Source: Gammaproteobacteria bacterium
Lineage (GTDB): Bacteria; Pseudomonadota; Gammaproteobacteria; Tethybacterales; Persebacteraceae
Assembly (NCBI GenBank): GCA_965221835.1
Contig: OZ244916.1
Coordinates: 417,772-481,771 of the forward strand
Direction of reading: 5' to 3'
Length of the DNA: 64,000 bases
Position 1 is the stretch's first letter. Each line of letters begins with the position of its first letter. The translations under genes and the position numbers were made by a program. This document shows positions 49,231-59,166 of the stretch, piece after piece. The notes under the pieces are model-generated. The model was not told where the DNA came from, searched no databases, and saw only the letters and a program-made list of their open reading frames with translations.

Positions 49231-49234
49231 GGAT

Positions 49235-50335
49235 TTAAGGCAAATTAATGGATAATAATTCCAACAGGACGGATTGCTGCAGTTCGGTCAATTCTCCCTT
49301 GTCATCTGCGGCGGCGACGGTGACGGCGGTGAGATTGTCGTTTTCGGCGGACAAAGTCAGTTTGATGTCGCGGAAAACCGGTTTTTCTTCGCCGAAGAGT
49401 TTGTTGAAAATGTTTGTTTCCGCCTGTCCGAAAATTTTCTGGCTTTCCGGTCCGCCGGAATGACGGATGTAATAGGCGAGTTCTACATGATCTTGGTCTT
49501 CTATCGTAAAGCCGCCGCGATCCAGACCGATTCGCACCAACTGCCACGATTCGGCGGAGGGTTTTTTGATGTGCAGCACGGTTTGCGAAAGTTCGTAATC
49601 GCGTTCTTCTTCGGCGTCTTCAATTTCTTCGGCAAACGCCGCCGGTTGCGATTCTTCGGGGATGTCGGCGGCAAAAATCATCATCCGCCGCAACATTTCG
49701 GTTTCTAACTGCGAATCTGCCGGCAGCGGAGAATAGCCCGAAAACAAGCCCTCGCGGTCAAACTTTGCGGAAATATGGCGGTGCGAAATAAAAATGGAAC
49801 TATTTTCGTCCGTGCCTTCCACGCGCAAAACGAATTTGTCGCGTTCGCCGCTGTCGCGAACGCGGTTAAGAAAATCGTCCAAAAAAGACGCGAGTCCGAC
49901 GGAACCGTGCGGCTGTCTCAAATCCAGCCAATCGGTTTCCATCGTGCCGGTTTCGGGATCTTCGCGGACAAGCGGAAAATCCAGTTCGCCCCAAAATTGT
50001 TGCGCGAGATTCCACGCGTTGTCGGGGGAGATGTCCAAATCTATCCAACGCAAATTGCCTTCGCGGCGATAATAAACTTTGCGCGCGTTTTCCAATTCAA
50101 TTTCGTCCGGTTGTTCCACAGACGGCACGGCTTGTATGCGATATTCGCTCAGCAGTTGCGCGCCGCTTCTTTCTTTTTCGGCAATGATAATATCCGGCGG
50201 ATATTGCAAGTCGACAGATTCTTGATAATCTTCGCGCTGATAATCAATTTGACGACCGTCTATAATATCCTGAATTTTTGAGTTGCCGCAACCGGCGAGC
50301 AGGGTGAATGAAAATAATAAAACTATGCCGCGCAT
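49235..50335 (-). CDS. bamC: Outer membrane assembly lipoprotein BamC (NlpB/DapX)
   Basis: Lipobox LLAGC, GTMETDW, SGERDKF, GLDRGGFTIED; follows dapA. Confidence 0.85.
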   Translation of the reverse strand: MRGIVLLFSFTLLAGCGNSKIQDIIDGRQIDYQREDYQESVDLQYPPDIIIAEKERSGAQLLSEYRIQAVPSVEQPDEIELENARKVYYRREGNLRWIDLDISPDNAWNLAQQFWGELDFPLVREDPETGTMETDWLDLRQPHGSVGLASFLDDFLNRVRDSGERDKFVLRVEGTDENSSIFISHRHISAKFDREGLFSGYSPLPADSQLETEMLRRMMIFAADIPEESQPAAFAEEIEDAEEERDYELSQTVLHIKKPSAESWQLVRIGLDRGGFTIEDQDHVELAYYIRHSGGPESQKIFGQAETNIFNKLFGEEKPVFRDIKLTLSAENDNLTAVTVAAADDKGELTELQQSVLLELLSINLP

Positions 50336-51231
50336 TAGATGGTTTCTCCTTTTTGGGTGTGATAAACGGCGTCACGAACGATGTCGTGATATTTTTCGCT
50401 TAATTGAATTAACGGCGGGCGAATCCCCGGCGGAATTTTTCCCGCATCGGCGAGCGCCCATTTGACCGGAATCGGATTGCTTTCTACGGATTGCGCGGAA
50501 TGAAAGGCGCGCAGCGGTTCGTCCGCCCGCTTCGCCGCGTCTTTGTCGCCGGACAATGCGGCACCGACCATATCGGTCATTCGCCGCGGCGCGATGTTTG
50601 CGGTGACGGAAATGACGCCGTCGCCGCCTGCGAGTACATAATCGGCGGCGGTACTATCGTCGCCGCTATAAAACAAAAATGGTTCTTTTGTCGCCGCGCG
50701 CATTTTTGCAAAACGGGGGATGTCGCCGGTCGCGTCTTTAATGCCGACAATATTGGGATGGGACGACAAACGCGCGATTGTACCGATTTCCAAACCCGCG
50801 GCGCATCGTTTGGGGACATCGTACAACAATATCGGCAAATCGCAACAATCGGCAACGGCGGAAAAATGCGCGAACAATCCTTCCTGCGGCGGGCGGTTGT
50901 AATAGGGGACGACCGACAATCCCGCCGCCGCACCGTCCGCCGCCGCTTGTTTGGTTAACGCGACCGCTTCGGCGGTGGAATTCGCCCCGACACCGCCGAT
51001 AATCGGAGTTTTCGCGCCGATTTGTTTTACTGCCGCCGCAATGAGTCGCTGATTTTCGGCAATGGAAAGAGTCGGCGATTCGCCGGTCGTGCCGCCGACA
51101 ACAACCGCCGCCGTGCCGTTTTCGGCGTGCCATTCTAAAATATCTTTGAACGCGCCTTCGTCAATGTCGCCGTTTTCGCGCATCGGCGTGACAACGGCGA
51201 CGATGCTGCCCCGGACATTAAATCGTATCAT
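50335..51231 (-). CDS. dapA: 4-hydroxy-tetrahydrodipicolinate synthase
   Basis: GTTGES, VVPYYNRP, LYDVP, GIKDATG, SGDD, ESNPIPVK. Confidence 0.95.
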   Translation of the reverse strand: MIRFNVRGSIVAVVTPMRENGDIDEGAFKDILEWHAENGTAAVVVGGTTGESPTLSIAENQRLIAAAVKQIGAKTPIIGGVGANSTAEAVALTKQAAADGAAAGLSVVPYYNRPPQEGLFAHFSAVADCCDLPILLYDVPKRCAAGLEIGTIARLSSHPNIVGIKDATGDIPRFAKMRAATKEPFLFYSGDDSTAADYVLAGGDGVISVTANIAPRRMTDMVGAALSGDKDAAKRADEPLRAFHSAQSVESNPIPVKWALADAGKIPPGIRPPLIQLSEKYHDIVRDAVYHTQKGETI

Positions 51232-51374
51232 CCGCCAATTGTACTCCATCCCGCCTTGTCAAACAAAACCGCGCATATTTTTGTTAAAAAAACGGCGACA
51301 ATGTATAATTTTAATCTGCACATATTTTTTATTGCACGCGCCGTTAAACGCGCGTTATTTTAAGGAAAGAAAAA

Positions 51375-52496
51375 ATGATCATAGGAGTACCGAAAGAAAC
51401 GAAAAATCACGAATACCGTGTCGGAATGACGCCGGAAACCGTCAATATGGCGCGGCGGCGCGGACATCAAATTGTCGTGCAAAGCGGTGCGGGCGGCGGA
51501 ATCGGCGCAACAGATGCCGATTATCGCACCGCCGGTGCGTCCGTTGTCAAAACCGCCGCGCAGGTTTTTTCCGCCGCGGAAATGCTCGTAAAAGTCAAAG
51601 AACCGCTCGCCCCTGAACGGCAGATGCTAAAACGCGGGCAGATTTTATTCACTTATTTGCATCTCGCCGCGGACAAAAAACTGACTCTTGAATTGATGAA
51701 AAGCGGCGCGGTGTGCATCGCGTACGAAACCATCACCGACGATTTCGGACGGCTGCCGTTGCTCGCGCCGATGTCCAAAGTTGCGGGGCGTCTTGCCGCA
51801 CAAGCGGCGGCGCACTATCTCCAAAAACCCGCCGGCGGTGCGGGCAAACTCATCGGCGGCGTCCCCGGCGTGTCGCCGGCGAAAGTCGTCATTCTCGGCG
51901 GCGGCGTTGTCGGGCGCAATGCCGCACGAATCGCATCCGGCATGGGCGCGCGCGTCATTATCATGGAAAAAAATAACGCCGTGATGGACGACATTGTTCG
52001 CGAATTTAATGGCGCGGTTTTAAGTTGCTATTCGTCGCCCGGCAATCTCGCCCGCGAAGTTGCGGATGCCGATGTGATTATCGGCGGCGTGCTTGTCGCC
52101 GGCGAAACCGCACCAAAAATTGTGGACGAAAAAATGGTTAAATCTATGCGCCCCGGCGCGGTCGCGGTGGATGTCGCCATTGACCAAGGCGGATGTATCG
52201 CAACCGCCCGCCCGACAACGCACGACAAACCGGTTTTCGTCAAGCACGGCGTTTTGCATTATTGCGTCGCTAATATGCCGGGGGCGGTGCCGCACACTTC
52301 CACTTATGCACTCAACAACGCGACCGCGCCGTGGATTTTGGAAATCGCCGGAAAAGGGTGGCGGAAAGCGGCGGCGGAAAGCCGTCATTTGCAAAACGGA
52401 CTTTCGGTTGCAAACGGCGCGCTGATTTGCGAACATTCCGCCCGTTCATTAAAAATTCCCTTTTCGCCTGCCGCCGAATTTTTGCGGGCGGGTTGA
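51375..52496 (+). CDS. ald: Alanine dehydrogenase
   Basis: IGVPKE-x-KNHEYRV, KVKEP, FTYLHLA, PMS-x-VAGR, GGGVVG, DVAIDQGGC, YCVANMPGAV. Confidence 0.96.
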   Translation: MIIGVPKETKNHEYRVGMTPETVNMARRRGHQIVVQSGAGGGIGATDADYRTAGASVVKTAAQVFSAAEMLVKVKEPLAPERQMLKRGQILFTYLHLAADKKLTLELMKSGAVCIAYETITDDFGRLPLLAPMSKVAGRLAAQAAAHYLQKPAGGAGKLIGGVPGVSPAKVVILGGGVVGRNAARIASGMGARVIIMEKNNAVMDDIVREFNGAVLSCYSSPGNLAREVADADVIIGGVLVAGETAPKIVDEKMVKSMRPGAVAVDVAIDQGGCIATARPTTHDKPVFVKHGVLHYCVANMPGAVPHTSTYALNNATAPWILEIAGKGWRKAAAESRHLQNGLSVANGALICEHSARSLKIPFSPAAEFLRAG

Positions 52497-52511
52497 TTGC
52501 GGGCGGCGTAA

Positions 52512-53729
52512 ATGTTGGATATTATTCTCGCCGATATTAACGGCATCTGGCGCGGGATGCAAACGCCCGCCGAAGAAATGGAATCGCTTTTGCAAGGCGG
52601 CGTAAGTTTTCCGCGTTCGTTGTACGCGATGCGTTTTGACGGCGCGGTTTGCGAAGAAACCGGACTCGGTTTATCCGCCGGCGACCCGGATTATCCTTGC
52701 GTACCAATTGCCGATACGGTCGCGCCGCTTGTGTGGCGAGAAGGGGGAATGCAATTTGCTGCGGAAATGCGGTTGCCGGACGGTGCGCCGTTTTTCGCCG
52801 ACCCGCGCGCGGTACTCGCCGCGGTTTTGCAAAAATTTGAAGCGGACGGATTGCAGCCGATTCTGGCGGTGGAGTTGGAGTTTTATCTGACCGGCGAAAA
52901 ATCGGAAATGTCGGAGTTGTATTCTTTTGATGCGATGGCGCGTCATCGCGATTTTTTCGCGCTTGTTCGGCGGGCGGCGGATGCGCAAAATATCGCCCTC
53001 GGCGGCGCGATTTCCGAATATGCGCCGGGGCAGTTTGAAATCAATTTGCGCCATCAATCGCCGTTGCGGGCGTGTCTGGACGCGTTGCTGTTTCGCCGAA
53101 TCATCCGCGAATGTGCGCGCGCCGCCGGAAAATGCGCGACTTTTATGGCGAAACCGTACGGCAGTTGCGCGGGCAGCGGGATGCATTTGCACATCAGCGT
53201 GCGCGACAAAAATGGCGGTTTTTGTTTCGCCGATTCCGCGTCTTTACATTCCGCCGTTGCGGGGGCGTTGGCGATTGTCAGAGAATCCACGGCGTTTTTC
53301 GCGCCGTTCGGCAATTCTTATCGCCGTTTTTCGCCCGGCGCTTATGTGCCGCTGCGAGTGTTTTGGGATGACGAAAATCGCAACGCCGCCGTGCGTCTGC
53401 CGCGCGCCGAATCGCCCGCCGCAAAAAGATTGGAGTTGCGCACTCCGGGTGCGGACGCGAATCCATATTTGGCGGCGGCGGCGCTTTTGTCCGGCGTTCA
53501 TTACGGCATGACGCACCGCCTGAAACCGCCGAAAGCGGGCGTTTCCGCCGGTCATATTCCCGCGACATGGCATGCGGCGTTGTCTTCGCTGTCGCGCGCG
53601 CGAATCTTGCCGTCATATATGGATAAAAAATTCTTAAAGTTATATCGCCAAATAAAACTTTCCGAATTGAATCGCGAAACCGCGCATATTAGCGATTATG
53701 ACCGCGAGTTTTACGGCGCGGTTTTATAA
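52512..53729 (+). CDS. Glutamine synthetase family protein (PuuA-like gamma-glutamyl ligase)
   Basis: DINGIWRG, ELEFY, EYAPGQFEIN, FMAKP..GSGMHLHIS, NSYRR, ELRTPGADANPYL; compact at 405 aa. Confidence 0.85.
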   Translation: MLDIILADINGIWRGMQTPAEEMESLLQGGVSFPRSLYAMRFDGAVCEETGLGLSAGDPDYPCVPIADTVAPLVWREGGMQFAAEMRLPDGAPFFADPRAVLAAVLQKFEADGLQPILAVELEFYLTGEKSEMSELYSFDAMARHRDFFALVRRAADAQNIALGGAISEYAPGQFEINLRHQSPLRACLDALLFRRIIRECARAAGKCATFMAKPYGSCAGSGMHLHISVRDKNGGFCFADSASLHSAVAGALAIVRESTAFFAPFGNSYRRFSPGAYVPLRVFWDDENRNAAVRLPRAESPAAKRLELRTPGADANPYLAAAALLSGVHYGMTHRLKPPKAGVSAGHIPATWHAALSSLSRARILPSYMDKKFLKLYRQIKLSELNRETAHISDYDREFYGAVL

Positions 53730-53835
53730 ACGCGCGCGCAAATTAATTTAAAAAAATTTCCCTTGCGGCGAAACGGCGGCGGCAATTAAATGCGTCGAGC
53801 GAAAAATAAAATTACAATAATTGCGCCGGATATTG

Positions 53836-53925
53836 TATAATGGCGGAGTCGCGGCGCATGAATGCGTAGGCGGTTCCCCGACAGTCTGCGCTATGCGCCA
53901 TTAATTTTATGTCGGAGAAAAACAA
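53836..53925 (+). promoter_or_regulatory. nusA promoter (-10 TATAAT) and structured 5' leader hairpin
   Basis: TATAAT at 53836-53841; GGCGCAT/ATGCGCC outer stem and GCGTAGGC/GTCTGCGC inner stem (53853-53899); GGAG RBS. Confidence 0.55.
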
Positions 53926-55545
53926 ATGAATCTGCAACATCAAAAAGAATCTGAAACGATGGACGAAGTCAAGGCGCCCGGCGCCGTGCATGTGATTGCG
54001 GCGGAAGACCCCGCCAAACACGGGCGAAAAATAGAGGGGCTGGATATGTATCTCGCGTCCATCGCGCGGGAAAAAGATCTGCCCGCCGAACAGGTGCGGG
54101 ATATTTTCGCCGAAGCGCACGCCCAATCCGCCAAACGCGGCGGCAACGAAGTGCGGGACGGCGAGTTTCGCGCCAACATTGACAACGAAGTGATTTATGT
54201 TTATCGCCGCTGGCGGGTGCTGGCGGACGATGAAATTATGGAAAACCGGCAAAGCGAAATGATGCTGGATTCCGCGCGCGAATATGTGCCGGCAATCAAT
54301 CCCGGCGATATGCTGGACATTCCTTTTCCGAGCGAACAAATGGAAAAGCGTTCTTGCGTACATTCGGCGAAACAAAACTTCAATCACCGCTTGCGCGATG
54401 CCGACCGCCGCCGTTTGCTGGACGAAATTCTCGCGCGCAACGAAAATCTCGTGAGCGGGCAAGTGCAAAGAATTTTGCGCGAAACCGGCGACGCCATCGT
54501 GGAAGTAATGCGTCTGGAATGCCGCCTCCCCAAAGACCAAATGTTGCCGCGCGAAACATTAAAAAGCGGCGACCGGGTGCAAGCAATTATCAAAGAAGTC
54601 AATTATGAAACTTCCGGTCAGCGTGTCATTCTCAGTCGCACCAGCCCCGAATTTCTCCGTCTACTTTTTCAGCGGGTAGTGCCCGAAATTGAAAAAGGCA
54701 TTCTGGAAATTCTCAAAGTCGTGCGCTATCCCGGCAATCGCGCGAAAATTTCGGTGCGCACGAACGACCCGCGCGTGGATCCTGTCGGTACTTGTGTCGG
54801 CATTCGCGGTTCCAGAGTGCAGGCGGTTACCAACGAATTGAACGGGGAACGCATTGACATAATTCCATGGGACGATGACCCGGCGAATTTTGTTTTGCGC
54901 GCGATGGCGCCCGCCGAAATCACCCGCATCGCGTTAGATTTTTCCCAAAAATCTATGGATGTTCTGGTCGCCCAAGATCGGATGGCGCAGGCAATCGGCA
55001 AAAGCGGCGTCAATGTCCGCCTCGCTTCCGAACTGAGCGGCTGGCGTTTAAATTTGCGCGTTGTGGAAGATTACGAAGCCGAAGAACAAGAAAAAATACG
55101 CGCCAAAAGTCGGATACTCGCGCAAGCATTAAATCTGGACGAAGACGCCGCCCGCATTATTTTGGAAGAGGGATTTGAAACTTTGGAACATGTGGCGTTC
55201 GCCGAAGAGGAAGAACTGCTGGAAATTTCCGGATTTCAACCCGACCAAGTACGCGAATTGCAATCGCGCGCCCGGGCGCAAGTTGAAAAAGAAGAGGCGT
55301 TACTCGTCGAAAAACGCAAAAAACAAGAATCGCAACTGGAAGCGTTTACAAAAAACGATGAGGAGTTTTTACTTTCGCTGGCGCGGCATGATATTTTTAC
55401 ATTGACCGACCTCGCCGATCTTGCAACCGATGAATTGCTGGAAATGCGCGAAATGGAAGTATCCGAAGCCGAAAATTGCATTACCCGCGCGCGCATTGCG
55501 GCGGGTTATATTGACGACACCGCGAACGGGGAAAATGCCGAATGA
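53926..55545 (+). CDS. nusA: Transcription termination/antitermination factor NusA
   Basis: ILSRTSPEFL, PGNRAKI, DPVGTCVGIRGSRVQAV, AIGKSGVNVRLAS, acidic C-terminal repeats. Confidence 0.95.
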   Translation: MNLQHQKESETMDEVKAPGAVHVIAAEDPAKHGRKIEGLDMYLASIAREKDLPAEQVRDIFAEAHAQSAKRGGNEVRDGEFRANIDNEVIYVYRRWRVLADDEIMENRQSEMMLDSAREYVPAINPGDMLDIPFPSEQMEKRSCVHSAKQNFNHRLRDADRRRLLDEILARNENLVSGQVQRILRETGDAIVEVMRLECRLPKDQMLPRETLKSGDRVQAIIKEVNYETSGQRVILSRTSPEFLRLLFQRVVPEIEKGILEILKVVRYPGNRAKISVRTNDPRVDPVGTCVGIRGSRVQAVTNELNGERIDIIPWDDDPANFVLRAMAPAEITRIALDFSQKSMDVLVAQDRMAQAIGKSGVNVRLASELSGWRLNLRVVEDYEAEEQEKIRAKSRILAQALNLDEDAARIILEEGFETLEHVAFAEEEELLEISGFQPDQVRELQSRARAQVEKEEALLVEKRKKQESQLEAFTKNDEEFLLSLARHDIFTLTDLADLATDELLEMREMEVSEAENCITRARIAAGYIDDTANGENAE

Positions 55546-57911
55546 CCACCACGTTGGACATTGCGGATCGGTACGGCAAAACGATAGAAGAAGTCAAAGC
55601 GGCAATGATCGCTTTGGGTTACACCAAACGCATCACCCGCATCAACAAAGTGGATTCGGATATGGAAAGGGCGTTGGACGCGCATTTTAAGAACGACAAA
55701 CCGGCGGCGGTAAAAATAACGCCGCAAAAACCTTCCGTCCGCCGCATCGGCGATACGCAAATCGTTGAAAAAAAAGTAAGGACAATCCGCCGCCCTCCGA
55801 AACCCGGAACGCCTGCGGTTTCTCCCGCCCCCGCCGCCGCCGCACCGCCGCCGAAGACGAAAAAAACCGAAACTTCCAACGCCGATTCTCTCGCCGCCGC
55901 CGACAATCTGCATAAAAAACAAATCGCCGCACAACAAAGCAAAATTTCCGCGGCGGCAGCGAAATCTTCCCCGCCCGCAGAACCGGCGAAAGTCGCCCCG
56001 CCCCGCCCCGATGAAGGGCGCGGCAAAACAATTAAAATAGACCGCGAAGTCGTTCGCGAACGCGAAAAACGCCGCCGCCGAGGATTGGGCGGCGGAAAAC
56101 GTCTCCCGGAAAATTTGCACGGATTTAAACAACCGGCGGGGCCGGTGACTCGCGAATTGCCGCTGCCGGAAGCGATTTCGGTGAATCGTCTTGCAACTGA
56201 AATGTCGGTTAAAATCGGCGTTATCATCCGCAAACTGATGGAATATGGCGTAGAAAATGCCGGTGCAAATATGCTGCTGGATCGCGAAACGGCGTGGGTT
56301 TTGGTGGAAGAATTCGGGCACAAACCGGTCATTCAAACCGAAGAAAAAGATCCTGAAACGATGATGCTGGAACAACACGCCTCAGATGCCGAACAAAAAT
56401 CGCGTCCGCCGGTCGTGACAATTATGGGGCATGTGGATCATGGCAAAACTTCGCTGCTGGACTACATTCGCAAAACCAAAGTCGCTGCCGGCGAGGCGGG
56501 CGGAATAACTCAACACATCGGCGCCTATCAGGTAAAAAATGACGCGGGCGACATTACATTTTTGGATACGCCCGGTCATGCGTTGTTTTCGCAAATGCGG
56601 GCGCGCGGTGCGCAAATTACCGATATTGTCGTGCTGGTGATCGCCGGCGATGACGGTATGAAACCGCAAACGGAAGAGGCGATTTCGCATGCGCAAGCGG
56701 CGGGCGTGCCGATTGTGGCGGCGGTCAACAAAAAAGACAAACCCGATTTTGATTTGGAGCGAATTAAAAGCGAGTTGTCGGGGCGCGGCGTAACGCCCGA
56801 AGATTGGGGCGGCGATACGATGGTGATTCCGCTTTCGGCACACACCGGCGAAGGCGTGGACGATTTGCTGGATGCGATTCGCGTGCAAAGGGATATTTTG
56901 GATATAAAAGCGGCGTTTGATACGCCCGCACAAGGCGTTGTGGTGGAAGCGCGAATGGACAGAGGGCGCGGTGCGTTGACGACGGTGATTATCCGGCAGG
57001 GCATTTTACGCCGCAACAGTTATATCGTATGCGGCACGGAAAGCGGGCGGGTACGCGCTATGTGGGATAGCACGGGAGAAATGTTGAACGAAGCATTTCC
57101 GTCCATGCCGGTGGAAATTCAAGGATTATCCGGTCTTCCCGAAGTGGGGGGCGATATGGTGGTCGTCGCCGACGAACGCAAGGCGCGCGAGGTCGCCGGA
57201 TTGCGTCAAGAACGCCGCCGGACGAAAGTATTGAGCGCGCGGATGGCGGCGCGTCCGAAATCCCGATTGTTGATTGGCGAGGAAGATGAAGAGGAAAAAC
57301 GGGAATTGACTGTCATTGTCAAAGCCGATGTCGGCGGTTCCCGCGAGGCGTTGGTTGCCGCGCTTTCGGCAATTTCCGGCAAAAAAGCCGCGGTCAAAGT
57401 CATTCACAGCGCGGTGGGCAGCGTGAGCGAATCCGATATTAATTTGGCGCGCGCGAGCGGCGCGATGGTAATCGCGTTCAATGTGCGCCCGGACGGAAAA
57501 TCGCGAAAACTCGCGCAAGCGTACGGCATCAAAATTTTATCGGGAAATGTCATTTATGAAATTCTGGAAGATGCCAAAAAAGCGGTGTTGAATCTTTTGG
57601 AACCGGAACGCGAAGAGCAAGTTATCGGTACCGCAAAAGTGTTGAAAGTTTTTACGATTTCCAAAGTCGGCAATATCGCCGGTTGCCGCGTTTCCGAAGG
57701 CATTATTCGCGCCGATGCGCGGGCGCGGCTGGTGCGGGACGGCGCAATCGTATACGAAGGCGACATTGATTCGTTGCGCTATTTTAAAGATCAGGCGAAG
57801 GAAGTAAAAAGCGGCGAGGAATGCGGAATTGCTATTCGCCGTTTTAACGATATTAAAGTGGAGGATGTCATTGAAGCGGTACGAATTATTGAAACGCCGC
57901 CGACTTTATAG
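55542..57911 (+). CDS. infB: Translation initiation factor IF-2
   Basis: RPPVVTIMGHVDHGKTSLLD, GEAGGITQHIGAY, DTPGH, NKKD, ECGI. Confidence 0.97.
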   Translation: MTTTLDIADRYGKTIEEVKAAMIALGYTKRITRINKVDSDMERALDAHFKNDKPAAVKITPQKPSVRRIGDTQIVEKKVRTIRRPPKPGTPAVSPAPAAAAPPPKTKKTETSNADSLAAADNLHKKQIAAQQSKISAAAAKSSPPAEPAKVAPPRPDEGRGKTIKIDREVVREREKRRRRGLGGGKRLPENLHGFKQPAGPVTRELPLPEAISVNRLATEMSVKIGVIIRKLMEYGVENAGANMLLDRETAWVLVEEFGHKPVIQTEEKDPETMMLEQHASDAEQKSRPPVVTIMGHVDHGKTSLLDYIRKTKVAAGEAGGITQHIGAYQVKNDAGDITFLDTPGHALFSQMRARGAQITDIVVLVIAGDDGMKPQTEEAISHAQAAGVPIVAAVNKKDKPDFDLERIKSELSGRGVTPEDWGGDTMVIPLSAHTGEGVDDLLDAIRVQRDILDIKAAFDTPAQGVVVEARMDRGRGALTTVIIRQGILRRNSYIVCGTESGRVRAMWDSTGEMLNEAFPSMPVEIQGLSGLPEVGGDMVVVADERKAREVAGLRQERRRTKVLSARMAARPKSRLLIGEEDEEEKRELTVIVKADVGGSREALVAALSAISGKKAAVKVIHSAVGSVSESDINLARASGAMVIAFNVRPDGKSRKLAQAYGIKILSGNVIYEILEDAKKAVLNLLEPEREEQVIGTAKVLKVFTISKVGNIAGCRVSEGIIRADARARLVRDGAIVYEGDIDSLRYFKDQAKEVKSGEECGIAIRRFNDIKVEDVIEAVRIIETPPTL

Positions 57912-57923
57912 GGGCGCGCGGCG

Positions 57924-58280
57924 ATGAAAAGCGGACGCGGATATCCGCGCGGTTATCGCGTTGCCTCGCTGGTGCGGCGCGGATTGTCGCCGATGTTAAA
58001 TGTCGCACACGCCGATGTCACAATCCGAAATGTTTCGTTGAACGGCGATTTTAGCGTTGCCACAATTTATTATTCGGTGCTGGGCGGCGACCCGGATTCC
58101 GTGCGCTTGTCGTTGACGCGGAACGCGGCATTTTTTCGCCGCCGTCTGGCGTCGTTCTTAAATATGCGCAGTACGCCGAAACTGGTTTTCGCGCCGGATA
58201 CCGAAGGAATGGCGGCGGACGATATGCAAAACTTTTTAGATTCCATAGAGGCGGACGATGCGCGCGGATGCGATAATTGA
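57924..58280 (+). CDS. rbfA: Ribosome-binding factor A
   Basis: Between infB and truB; R-x2-RV, DFSVATIY, MRSTPKLVF-x2-D. Confidence 0.85.
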   Translation: MKSGRGYPRGYRVASLVRRGLSPMLNVAHADVTIRNVSLNGDFSVATIYYSVLGGDPDSVRLSLTRNAAFFRRRLASFLNMRSTPKLVFAPDTEGMAADDMQNFLDSIEADDARGCDN

Positions 58281-59166
58281 CGGCGTATTGCCGGTAGACA
58301 AGGCGATAGGGCGCACTTCGGCGCACACTGTTGCCGAGGCGCGAAAGTTATTCGGCGGCGTCAAAGCCGGACATGCCGGCACATTGGATCCGGCGGCAAG
58401 CGGCGTATTGCCGGTAATGTTGGGCGAGGCAACCGGATTTATCCGCTTTTTGCCGTCCGACAAAATTTATCGCGCCGACATTGTTTTCGGAATCAAAACC
58501 GACACGGACGATGCGGAAGGCGAAGTTATCGCGCGCGGTACGCCGCCGCACGATTTATCCGCCGCCGTGCGCGAAGTTTTGCCCCGTTTTACCGGCGAAT
58601 ATGAGCAAACGGCGCCGACATACAGCGCGCTGAAACATGCGGGGCGCCCGATGTATTATTACGCGCGCCGCAATATTCCCGCACCGATTAAGCGGCGCAA
58701 AGTGCGGACGCACGAGTTGCGGGTAGAATCGGTTTCAGGCGTTCGCCTGACTCTAATCGTGCGTTGCGATGGCGGATTTTATGTCCGCGCATTGGCGCGC
58801 GATATTGGCGAAACATTGCGCTGCGGGGCGCATCTGGGCGGTTTGCGGCGCACCCGTTGCGCGTCTCTCAATTCCGCTTCGCCGTTGGAAATTGTCGCCG
58901 CCGAAAAACCCGAAATGCGCGCAAAATATATCGCGCCGGTGGGCGAAGTATTGACGCATTTGCCGCCGCACGACATAAATCAGGACACGGCGCGCGCCCT
59001 CGGACAAGGACGCGAATTGTACGGAGACGGCGGCGGCAACGGCAACGGCGGCGAAGATGGCGTGCGCGTTCGTTTTGTTTGCGGCGGGCGTTTTGCGGGC
59101 GTAGGAGTTGTGGCGGGCGAACAAATGCGCGGCGAAAAAATGATGGCGTGGACTCGCGAATTATAA
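58258..59166 (+). CDS. truB: tRNA pseudouridine(55) synthase
   Basis: DGVLPVDK, KAGHAGTLDPAASGVLP, TDTDDAEG, PTYSALK, GFYVRALARDIG. Confidence 0.95.
   Translation: MRADAIIDGVLPVDKAIGRTSAHTVAEARKLFGGVKAGHAGTLDPAASGVLPVMLGEATGFIRFLPSDKIYRADIVFGIKTDTDDAEGEVIARGTPPHDLSAAVREVLPRFTGEYEQTAPTYSALKHAGRPMYYYARRNIPAPIKRRKVRTHELRVESVSGVRLTLIVRCDGGFYVRALARDIGETLRCGAHLGGLRRTRCASLNSASPLEIVAAEKPEMRAKYIAPVGEVLTHLPPHDINQDTARALGQGRELYGDGGGNGNGGEDGVRVRFVCGGRFAGVGVVAGEQMRGEKMMAWTREL

Noticed and set aside
52490-52515. Frameshifted N-terminus of the glutamine synthetase family gene (LIAGGVN in another frame)
   Set aside because: Too short to distinguish from chance; the ATG at 52512 already includes the first conserved motif.
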